From a virus, in IMG/VR virus record IMGVR_UViG_3300045988_149609: a stretch of DNA of 64,000 bases; one strand, 5' to 3'. Of the stretch, positions 56,680-64,000 are shown in pieces. Positions within the stretch are counted from its first letter, which is position 1. The number at the start of each line of letters is the position of its first letter. Below the pieces are notes generated by a model that had not been told where the DNA came from, ran no database searches, and saw only the letters and a program-made list of their open reading frames with translations. The position numbers and the translations under genes were made by a program.

Positions 56680-57068
56680 AATATTTTTATGTATTCATAG
56701 TTTTACTTTTATGTATTAGTTGTAAAACTAAATATCAATGTGTAGAAGTACCAAAGGAAATAATAAAAGTTGAGTATAAAGATAAATTGATACATGATAG
56801 TATTTATAATATAGATAGTATTTATATTAAAGAAAAGAATGATACAATTTATTATTTTAAAACTAAAATTCAATATAAATATAAATATATTAAAGATACT
56901 ATTTTTAATACAGATACTATTAAAACTACAACTATTAAACCAATAGAAGTTACAAAAGAAATAGTTACAAATAAAATTAAATGGCATCAAAAAATCTTTA
57001 TGTGGTTAGGAGGAGTATTTATGTTATTTATAATATATAAATTAACAAAATACATTAAGAGAGAATGA
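56676..57068 (+). CDS. lipoprotein with C-terminal membrane helix
   Basis: Signal/lipobox LLLCISC, C-terminal hydrophobic helix WLGGVFMLFIIY. Confidence 0.45.
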   Translation: MKYFYVFIVLLLCISCKTKYQCVEVPKEIIKVEYKDKLIHDSIYNIDSIYIKEKNDTIYYFKTKIQYKYKYIKDTIFNTDTIKTTTIKPIEVTKEIVTNKIKWHQKIFMWLGGVFMLFIIYKLTKYIKRE

Positions 57069-57385
57069 TTGATTTAGGTGTAATAATTACAGCTTTAGTA
57101 GGAATAATGACGAGTGGTGCTACAAGTTGGATTACTTGGTTTCTTACTAAAAAGAAATATAATGCAGAAGTTGATGGAGCATTGTTAGATAATATGAAAG
57201 AATCACTTAATTTTTATAAAGAATTAAGTGAAGATAATAAAAGAAGATTAGAAGATGTTTTGGATAGAAACAAACAATTAGAAAAGGAAGTTTCAGATCT
57301 TCGTAGACAAGTTACAGCAATGCTTAGTACAATATGTACAGATTTAACTTGTATGCATAGAATAAGTAAAAATTTAGAGGATTAA
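57065..57385 (+). CDS. N-terminal TM plus coiled-coil protein (i-spanin-like topology)
   Basis: Hydrophobic N-terminus VIITALVGIMTSGATSWITWFL followed by heptad-rich region. Confidence 0.4.
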   Translation: MIDLGVIITALVGIMTSGATSWITWFLTKKKYNAEVDGALLDNMKESLNFYKELSEDNKRRLEDVLDRNKQLEKEVSDLRRQVTAMLSTICTDLTCMHRISKNLED

Positions 57386-57389
57386 ATAA

Positions 57390-57869
57390 ATGAAAATTGT
57401 TGTAGATAGAAAATATAAAAAGTCAACATATACAATAAGTAATCTTACTATTGATGGTAAATGGTTTTGTAATGTTGTAGAAGATACAGATAGAAATTTA
57501 GATAATACAATGTCTGTTACTCACATACAAAAGGTTAAAGATGTTAATGGTAATGGTGTAAATGATGATGCAATTACTGCAATACCAAGAGGAACATATA
57601 AAGTTACACTTGATGTAGTTTCTCCTAAATTTAGTAAAAAGGATTATTATAAAAAGTTTTGTAATGGTAAAGTTCCTAGATTACTCAATGTACCAGGTTT
57701 TGATGGCGTTCTAATGCATTGTGGATCTACTGCTAAAAGTAGTGCTGGTTGTTTAATTTTAGGCTATAATAAAATTAAAGGTGGAGTTGTTGATTCACAA
57801 AAAGCTTTTGAAACAGTATATAAGGAATTATTAAAAGATAAAAATAATATCACAATTGAAATTAAATAA
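57390..57869 (+). CDS. possible L,D-transpeptidase-fold (YkuD-like) cell-wall enzyme / endolysin candidate
   Basis: GVLMHCGSTAKSSAGCLILG resembles YkuD H-G-T...S-x-G-C-[IV]-R-[ML] catalytic motif with shorter spacing; position after spanin-like genes. Confidence 0.3.
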   Translation: MKIVVDRKYKKSTYTISNLTIDGKWFCNVVEDTDRNLDNTMSVTHIQKVKDVNGNGVNDDAITAIPRGTYKVTLDVVSPKFSKKDYYKKFCNGKVPRLLNVPGFDGVLMHCGSTAKSSAGCLILGYNKIKGGVVDSQKAFETVYKELLKDKNNITIEIK

Positions 57870-57920
57870 TTAGCAGGTTCTTGCTAAATTGTTCTTAGTG
57901 TTTTCATGATGTTTATTTGA

Positions 57921-57952
57921 GGAGTAGTAACATTAGTTATTACTCCTTTTTA
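57921..57952 (+). terminator. intrinsic terminator
   Basis: GGAGTAGTAAC-atta-GTTATTACTCC followed by TTTTTAT. Confidence 0.6.
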
Positions 57953-58016
57953 TGTTTAATTTTGTGATGTAAGCTTACAAAAATATTGTTTATTAATCCT
58001 TTAAATAAATAAAATT

Positions 58017-58925
58017 ATGTCAGAAGAAGCAACTAAAACTTATGTATTTGGACAAGATAATAATAGTTTATTGTCTATGTTAGCTCCATTATGTCAACAA
58101 AGAGGTGTTGATCCAAATGTTCTTTTAGCAATGAAAGATAAAAATAGTTTTGGAGATGGTGGCTTTCTATGGGTTATCTTCCTCTTCTTCCTTATGGGAT
58201 GGGGTGGTTATGGTAATGGATTTGGCTTTGGTGGTAGAAATGGTGAAGGTCTTGCTAATCAAATTAATAATGATTATGGTAGAGACTTACTCCTTCAAGC
58301 TATTAATGGGAATGGTAATGCTATTAGTCAACTTTCCACTACTCTTAATTGTGATATTAATGCTGTGCAGAATGCAATAAATGCAGTAAATAATAATGTA
58401 AGTAGTGTAGGTAATCAAGTAGGTATGACTGGTCAGCAAATTGTTAATTCTATTCAAAGTGGTAATCAACAAATTGCTGCTCAATTAGCTCAATGCTGCT
58501 GCAATACACAGCAGTCTATTCTTAAAATGGGTTATGATAATCAAATAGCAACACTTAATCAAACAAATCAGTTAAGTGGTAAAGTTGATACAAATACCTC
58601 ACAAGTAACTAATGCTATTGCTAATCAAACTGCATTATTAAATGATAAATTCTGTCAACTTGAAATGAGAGATATGCAGTCTAAGATTAATCAGTTACAA
58701 GAAGAAAAGAGTACTTTGCAGAATCATATAAGTAATTCAAATCAAACTTCACAGATTCAAAGCTACATTGCAAGTGTAGTTAATCCAATTGCTCAAGAAG
58801 TTAATGCTATAAAATGCGCACAACCAAATACAGTTACTGTTCCTTATCAACCTTTTGTTACAGTTCCTAATTGTGCTGCTTATCAGTTAGGTTTAGTTAA
58901 TGGTAATCAAAATCTTTGGTTTTAA
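58017..58925 (+). CDS. Gly-rich membrane-anchored, N/Q-rich protein
   Basis: GGFLWVIFLFFLMGWGGYGNGFGFGGRNG hydrophobic Gly-rich segment, then Asn/Gln-rich repeats. Confidence 0.45.
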   Translation: MSEEATKTYVFGQDNNSLLSMLAPLCQQRGVDPNVLLAMKDKNSFGDGGFLWVIFLFFLMGWGGYGNGFGFGGRNGEGLANQINNDYGRDLLLQAINGNGNAISQLSTTLNCDINAVQNAINAVNNNVSSVGNQVGMTGQQIVNSIQSGNQQIAAQLAQCCCNTQQSILKMGYDNQIATLNQTNQLSGKVDTNTSQVTNAIANQTALLNDKFCQLEMRDMQSKINQLQEEKSTLQNHISNSNQTSQIQSYIASVVNPIAQEVNAIKCAQPNTVTVPYQPFVTVPNCAAYQLGLVNGNQNLWF

Positions 58926-59263
58926 GAAAGGAGGTGACTATGGCTATTAATATAAGATACCTTAGTAATATGAATGGTATTCCTAGATTAGAATCAAATA
59001 GTGTTGCAGTAAATACTGCAAATGTAGTATTTACCTTTACTAATCCTGGCCCTAGATTTAATAATGAGTATAATGGTTTAGTATTATTGAAATTTAATCA
59101 AATAATACCAACAGGTACAACAGGAACATTACCAATATTAATAAATAACCAAGCAATTACAACATATAATGGTGCAGCTTTAACTGTTACTGCTTTTAAA
59201 GGCACAGGTATTTATTTGGCTTATTATGATAGTGGTAGTAAAACTTTACAAATTATAGATTAA
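58916..59263 (+). CDS. hypothetical structural protein
   Basis: ORF track, 115 aa. Confidence 0.4.
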   Translation: MVLRKEVTMAINIRYLSNMNGIPRLESNSVAVNTANVVFTFTNPGPRFNNEYNGLVLLKFNQIIPTGTTGTLPILINNQAITTYNGAALTVTAFKGTGIYLAYYDSGSKTLQIID

Positions 59264-59280
59264 TATTAAAACTATAGAAT

Positions 59281-59805
59281 ATGTTTCAATCATTAAGACA
59301 AAATAGTCCAATTTATATATTTCATAAAATAGATAATCCTTATTTAGAAATAGGAACTATATCAACAATCAGTTTACCTAAACCTAAATATGCAGTTCCT
59401 GCTACTTTCAATAATACACAAGAAATGTGTGTAGATATTGTAGTTAAAATAAATAATAATGTTGTTAACTATAATAATTTACCTGCAACTCTTGATATTG
59501 CTGATAGTACTAGTAATGGAGATAACATTGTAATTGCTTCAAGTAAAGAAGCAATGAATGCTGAAATACTTAGTTTAAAACAAAAAAGTATTGATGAATT
59601 AAATAGGAAAGAATATAATGAAAATATAGTTAGAAATTGTGATAAAATATTGGCAGACTTAAATCCTGAATTTGCAGAGAAACAAGCACAAAAAGCTGAA
59701 ATAGATTCTTTAAAATTGCAAATGCAAGAAATGTCTAAAAATATGCAAAGTCTTATTGAATTAAATAAACAATTAATGAAACAAACTTCTAATAATAAAG
59801 AATAA
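59281..59805 (+). CDS. hypothetical coiled-coil protein
   Basis: ORF track, 174 aa. Confidence 0.45.
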   Translation: MFQSLRQNSPIYIFHKIDNPYLEIGTISTISLPKPKYAVPATFNNTQEMCVDIVVKINNNVVNYNNLPATLDIADSTSNGDNIVIASSKEAMNAEILSLKQKSIDELNRKEYNENIVRNCDKILADLNPEFAEKQAQKAEIDSLKLQMQEMSKNMQSLIELNKQLMKQTSNNKE

Positions 59806-59809
59806 AACT

Positions 59810-60013
59810 ATGAAACTTTGGGAATTAAGAGAAAACGCATCATCTAGAGATTCATATCCTAGAAGGAATAGAGAAGATGATTATGAATACCCTATGAAAA
59901 ATAGAGGTAGATATGAAGAAGATGAAGAATGTGATGATTATGAAGAAGGTTATAAAGCTGGTTATAAAGCAGCAAAAAGAAAATACTCTCACATGATAGA
60001 AGATAGATATTAA
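59810..60013 (+). CDS. small acidic protein
   Basis: 67 aa, D/E/Y-rich. Confidence 0.35.
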   Translation: MKLWELRENASSRDSYPRRNREDDYEYPMKNRGRYEEDEECDDYEEGYKAGYKAAKRKYSHMIEDRY

Positions 60014-60022
60014 TTATTAACT

Positions 60023-60050
60023 AAGGGAGTAGTAATACTCCCTTTTATTA
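60023..60050 (+). terminator. intrinsic terminator
   Basis: AAGGGAGTA-gtaa-TACTCCCTT followed by TTATTATTT. Confidence 0.6.
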
Positions 60051-60059
60051 TTTACAATT

Positions 60060-60467
60060 ATGAGATTAGATATATATGAAAAGTTACCATCTGGAATGAA
60101 AGAATATCTTACTTATTATGGATGGCATTTTAATAAAAAGATGTGTGAATTTGCTTGTAAAAATATGTATAAGACTGATAGTAATGGACATAAAGAATAT
60201 ATACAAATTTATACCAAAGAACAAATAGATGATTTACTTAAATCTTATAATATAAAACTACATGACAATACATATGATTATGTATATATAGGTAATATGT
60301 GTAGAGCAGATTTTTATGGTTCTTCAATAACAGATGAGCATAAATTATGTCTTTATATTAAAGATGTAGTTGAAGATAATGATGCTTATGAAGGTATGAT
60401 TTTTACAAGATTTTATGCTGATTGTATAGGTAGTGGTACACCAATTTATTGGGAAGATTTTATTTAA
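60060..60467 (+). CDS. hypothetical protein
   Basis: ORF track, 135 aa. Confidence 0.45.
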   Translation: MRLDIYEKLPSGMKEYLTYYGWHFNKKMCEFACKNMYKTDSNGHKEYIQIYTKEQIDDLLKSYNIKLHDNTYDYVYIGNMCRADFYGSSITDEHKLCLYIKDVVEDNDAYEGMIFTRFYADCIGSGTPIYWEDFI

Positions 60468-60535
60468 AAATAACAAGTTTTTAATGTATATATTATTAAT
60501 GTATTTAAAACGTATTCTTAAACTATAAATATACT

Positions 60536-60543
60536 TAATTTTG
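60536..60543 (+). promoter_or_regulatory. Bacteroidota -7 promoter element TAATTTTG
   Basis: TAnnTTTG 23 nt upstream of ATG 60567; -33 element degenerate. Confidence 0.35.
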
Positions 60544-60566
60544 CACTAAAATTTAAGGAGAAATTT

Positions 60567-61784
60567 ATGGAAGTAATTAATTTTAGCGCAGATAATATAA
60601 TACCAGAATCAGAAGTAGAACAACTTCTAAATGGTACAGAATCTGCTTCAGATAGTTCTTCAAATGATACTACATCTAGTGATGAATCTAATGAATCTAA
60701 TGTAAGTACATCAGCTGAAGAAGATAACAATGAAAACAAAACTGTTTCTGCCGAGGGTTTAACTTTTGATGATAAGTTAGAATTTCCAGAGAGCGTAGGT
60801 GGAGAAGAAGATAATGATATAAGTCAGAATCAAGATGATGGAGAAAACTCCTCTGAGCTAGAGGATAATATTTCTCCTAAACAAAACTTCTACTCTTCCA
60901 TTACAAATGCTCTTGCAGAAGATGGGGTTTTCTCTAATCTTGATGATGATGCTCTTTCTAATATAGAAACACCTGAAGATTTTTCAGCATTAATTGATGA
61001 AGAAATTAGTAGGAGAATGGATGAAAGACAGAGAAGAATTGAAATGGCATTAAATAATAATGTACCTTCTACTGAAATTCAAGCTTATGAACAAACACTT
61101 AATGGTTTGTCACAGATTACTAATGATGTATTAGATGCTGAAACAGAACAAGGAGAAACAATAAGAAAGAATTTAATATATCAAGATTATGTTAATAAAG
61201 GGTTTACACCTGAAAGAGCAACTAAAGAAGTACAGAAATCTTTAAATGCTGGTACTGATATTGAAGATGCAAAAGAATGTTTACAAAGCTGTATAGATTT
61301 TTACAATAATCAATATCAACAATTATTGACTAATGCTGAAAATGAAAAACAACAAGAGCAACAAGCCATTCAAAATAGAGCAAAAAATATAGAAACTTCT
61401 ATTATGAATGATAAAGATCTTTTAGGAGGTTTAGAAATTGATAATAATACTAGAAAAAGAACAATTTCTAATATTTCAAAAGCAGCATATAGAGATAATG
61501 AAACAGGTGAATATTTAACAGAACTTCAGAAGTATCAAAGAGAAAATGAAGATGCTTTTATTAAGAATGTTGGATTGATTTTTACTCTTACTAATGGTTT
61601 TAAAGACTTTGATAAATTTGTTCAAAGTAAAGTAAAAAAGGAAGTTAAGAAAGGTATTAGAAATCTTGAAAACGTAATTAATAGTACTTCTAGAGGTAGT
61701 GATGGTTTACTTAAATTTGCAGGACAATATGCAAAAGAAGATCCTAATTCATTTATTGGAAAAGGATGGAAATTAAATATTTAA
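60567..61784 (+). CDS. acidic Ser/Asp/Glu-rich protein, scaffold-like by position
   Basis: 405 aa, N-terminal SDSSSNDTTSSDESNESN tract, immediately upstream of capsid-size gene. Confidence 0.4.
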   Translation: MEVINFSADNIIPESEVEQLLNGTESASDSSSNDTTSSDESNESNVSTSAEEDNNENKTVSAEGLTFDDKLEFPESVGGEEDNDISQNQDDGENSSELEDNISPKQNFYSSITNALAEDGVFSNLDDDALSNIETPEDFSALIDEEISRRMDERQRRIEMALNNNVPSTEIQAYEQTLNGLSQITNDVLDAETEQGETIRKNLIYQDYVNKGFTPERATKEVQKSLNAGTDIEDAKECLQSCIDFYNNQYQQLLTNAENEKQQEQQAIQNRAKNIETSIMNDKDLLGGLEIDNNTRKRTISNISKAAYRDNETGEYLTELQKYQRENEDAFIKNVGLIFTLTNGFKDFDKFVQSKVKKEVKKGIRNLENVINSTSRGSDGLLKFAGQYAKEDPNSFIGKGWKLNI

Positions 61785-61843
61785 TTCTTTATTGATTTAT
61801 CTTGATTTATATATAATATGAATACTTTTAAATTTAATATATA

Positions 61844-63364
61844 ATGGCAGGTAAATTAGGTAAGTGGCAAGTAAAAGGCTTTACTTCATGGAAAGGTCTT
61901 ACTAATAGAAACCACTTGTTAGCTGCTTTTGGTGCAGCTCCTCAAAAGGCAAGCAATATCATGGTTAAGTTGCTTGCTTATCAATTTGGTAACTTGACCA
62001 GCTCAACTTTGGAACAGTTACCTGTTAAGTATTTCGATACTGATGAAGAATATACTTGGGATATTGTTGGTTCAAATCAACGTAATATTCCTTTGGTAGA
62101 AGCTAGAAATTATGCAGGTGAATCTCTTACTGGTACAAAAGATATTGTAGGTAAGAATGGTGAACCTTTCTATCTTGTATTTCCTGAAGATTGGTTCTTC
62201 AGAAATGAAGTTCTTTTTGGTGAACTTAATGAGCTTTATCCTATTAAAGTAATGGAGGAAGCTAAGATGGAAGGTACAAATGCTGTTTATAAATGCTATT
62301 TGTTTGGCCTTAATGAAGATGGTATTCCTGCTAAAAGACTTCAACCTGGTGAAAGATTCTCACATGAGTTTTCTCCTATTGAAAGAGAAATGTCACGTGA
62401 ACAAGGTGGTATTAGATATTCAACTCCTGTAGAAATGAGAAATGAATGGTCTAGTATCAGAAAGAAACTTAAGATTAATAATGCAGCCATGATGGATCAA
62501 AAACTTATGGTTGGTGTACCTGTGATTAAACCTCTTGCAAATGGTGGTTATCAAGAAGATACAGTACATTCTTGGTTGCTTTATTCAGATTATCTCTTTG
62601 AAGAAGAGTTCCGTGAAGAAAAGAATAGTGTGATGATGTTTGGTCGTTTAAATCGTGATGCTAATGGTATGTATCATGATGTAGGTGATTCAGGCTTTGT
62701 TATTAAACAAGGTAGTGGTCTTAGAGAGCAAATGGAATCAGCTAATACTATGTATTATAATACCTTTAGTTTGAAACTTATTGAAGATGCTCTTTATCAA
62801 TTGAGTGCTTCTAAGTTAGGTATGGGTGATAGAACATTTGTGATGAAAACAGGTGAAGTTGGTGCATTGCTTTTTCATAAAGCAGTATCAGATTTGACTT
62901 CTGGTTGGACTCAATTTATTATGGATAATAGTTCTATTGGTGCTATTAAGAAAACTAATTCTAATCTTCATACTAATTCTTTGAGTGCTGGTTTTCAGTT
63001 TACAGAGTTTAAAGCTCCTAATGGTGTTACACTTCAGGTAGAAGTTTCTCCTGAATATGATAATCCTGTTAGAAACAAGATGCTTGATGCTAATGGTAGA
63101 CCTCTTGAAAGTGGTAGATTTGATATTTTGAAGATTGGTTCTATGGATCAACAAAATATCTTCAAATGTGAAATTAAGAATCGTCCTGAAGTTAGAGGTT
63201 ATCAGCCTGGTTTGAGAGATCCTTTTACTGGTAAGCAAGTTAACTATATGAGTACTGATGAAGATTCATGCACTGTACATAAGATGGCAACATTTGGTGT
63301 ATGTGTACTTGATCCTACTCGTACAATGTCTATTATTCCTGCACAACTTAGTGGTGTAGAGTAA
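61844..63364 (+). CDS. major capsid protein (probable)
   Basis: 506-aa ORF with markedly different codon usage (GGT/CGT/GAA-rich, higher GC) suggesting high expression; follows scaffold-like gene. Confidence 0.5.
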   Translation: MAGKLGKWQVKGFTSWKGLTNRNHLLAAFGAAPQKASNIMVKLLAYQFGNLTSSTLEQLPVKYFDTDEEYTWDIVGSNQRNIPLVEARNYAGESLTGTKDIVGKNGEPFYLVFPEDWFFRNEVLFGELNELYPIKVMEEAKMEGTNAVYKCYLFGLNEDGIPAKRLQPGERFSHEFSPIEREMSREQGGIRYSTPVEMRNEWSSIRKKLKINNAAMMDQKLMVGVPVIKPLANGGYQEDTVHSWLLYSDYLFEEEFREEKNSVMMFGRLNRDANGMYHDVGDSGFVIKQGSGLREQMESANTMYYNTFSLKLIEDALYQLSASKLGMGDRTFVMKTGEVGALLFHKAVSDLTSGWTQFIMDNSSIGAIKKTNSNLHTNSLSAGFQFTEFKAPNGVTLQVEVSPEYDNPVRNKMLDANGRPLESGRFDILKIGSMDQQNIFKCEIKNRPEVRGYQPGLRDPFTGKQVNYMSTDEDSCTVHKMATFGVCVLDPTRTMSIIPAQLSGVE

Positions 63365-63422
63365 TAACATATAAGGTAATAGAGATTGGGTTCTCTATTA
63401 CCTACTATTAATTTTATTTATA

Positions 63423-64000
63423 TGGAAGAGTTACTTAATGAAATGAATGTAGATTTATCTTCAATTCCTATGAAAGAAGTATTAAAAGGAAATAAATCTA
63501 CAACAAAGAAAAAAGAAAAAACAATAACTACTAAAAAAGTAGTAGAAGATACTGATGATGATCAATTAATTAATTGTCTTAGAAACGAAAGAGTTGTTGT
63601 AAGACATATTAATAAAAACAGAATGGGTATTACAAATCCTAAACATATAATGTATGGAGGTATGTTGGAAAATGCTACTAAAGTATATACAGTACCTAAA
63701 CTTAAATCAGGTGGATTTGTGAATGTTCTTACTAATGAAGAAAAAGATTTTCTTGAAGATGTTATGGGATTAGAACATAATGCTTTATCTGTTTATAAAA
63801 GAGAAAATAACTTTTGGAGTGATGCTAATGAAGAAGGTATTTCAAGAGTTTTTCTAAAAAAGTCTGATAATATACTTGATCTTTCTAAACCATCAGATTA
63901 TATTAAATATAAAATTCTATTGGCAAATAAAGACTTTATTTGTCCCGATTTGAAAACATTGAGAGAAGCTCCTTTAGTATCTTATGAATATGTAATTGTA
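63423..64000 (+). CDS. hypothetical protein (3' end beyond window)
   Basis: ATG at 63423 opens frame MEELLNEMNVDLSS... continuing to window end. Confidence 0.45.

Noticed and set aside
38396-63238. Internal/antisense ORFs on the plus arm: 38396..38605, 39740..39937, 43179..43373, 43402..43629, 43794..43988, 49109..49303, 50136..50345, 50478..50729, 51090..51305, 55645..55842, 56709..56990, 58150..58380, 58287..58484, 60518..60739, 62072..62344, 62888..63238
   Set aside because: Contained within larger plus-strand genes (or opposite them); no independent support.
1-64000. Prophage or integrative element interpretation
   Set aside because: No tyrosine/serine recombinase motifs, att-like direct repeats or host housekeeping genes seen; the content is uniformly phage-like, so a virulent or unintegrated phage genome segment is more likely.

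Overview
AT-rich (about 30% GC) double-stranded DNA phage segment with high coding density, organised as two divergent transcriptional arms that meet in an AT-rich, repeat-bearing intergenic region at about 36.72-37.15 kb. No integrase was seen.

The minus-strand arm (1-36,718) is a replication and nucleotide-metabolism module. It encodes a compact phi29-like family B DNA polymerase, a DnaG-like primase, a DnaB-like helicase domain protein, an SF2 DExH helicase and a P-loop ATPase. It also carries a family-1 uracil-DNA glycosylase, a RecB-family exonuclease, a second PD-(D/E)xK nuclease, dUTPase, ThyX-like thymidylate synthase and the anaerobic ribonucleotide reductase pair NrdD/NrdG, plus many small ORFs. 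Unusual inserts in this arm are a 731-aa Hsp90/MORC-like GHKL ATPase translationally coupled to a 320-aa partner and the UDG, a membrane-anchored retropepsin-like aspartic protease overlapping the polymerase start, a minimal MNT-type nucleotidyltransferase, and a secreted 3D-domain protein. The promoter-proximal end of this arm is a GC-elevated island (34.26-36.85 kb) of small ORFs, including a Cys-rich 109-aa protein, bounded by two strong hairpin terminators.

The plus-strand arm (37,152-64,000) starts with a wHTH-like protein and a PI-PLC-like phosphodiesterase. It then carries a 766-aa protein with a possible lysozyme-like C-terminus and a cluster of eight tRNA or tRNA-like genes, six canonical with anticodons for A/T-ending codons and two aberrant. 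Small genes embedded in the cluster include an HExxH mini-metalloprotease. Downstream lie a GroES-like co-chaperonin, the terminase large subunit, portal, structural proteins, a GT2 glycosyltransferase, a putative lysis cassette, a scaffold-like acidic protein and a probable major capsid protein.

Bacteroidota-type -7 promoter motifs (TAnnTTTG) sit upstream of several plus-strand units. Together with NrdDG and the tRNA set, this points (inference) to a virulent phage of an anaerobic gut Bacteroidales host, possibly crAss-like. All functional calls rest on motifs read from the translated ORFs and remain unverified by search.
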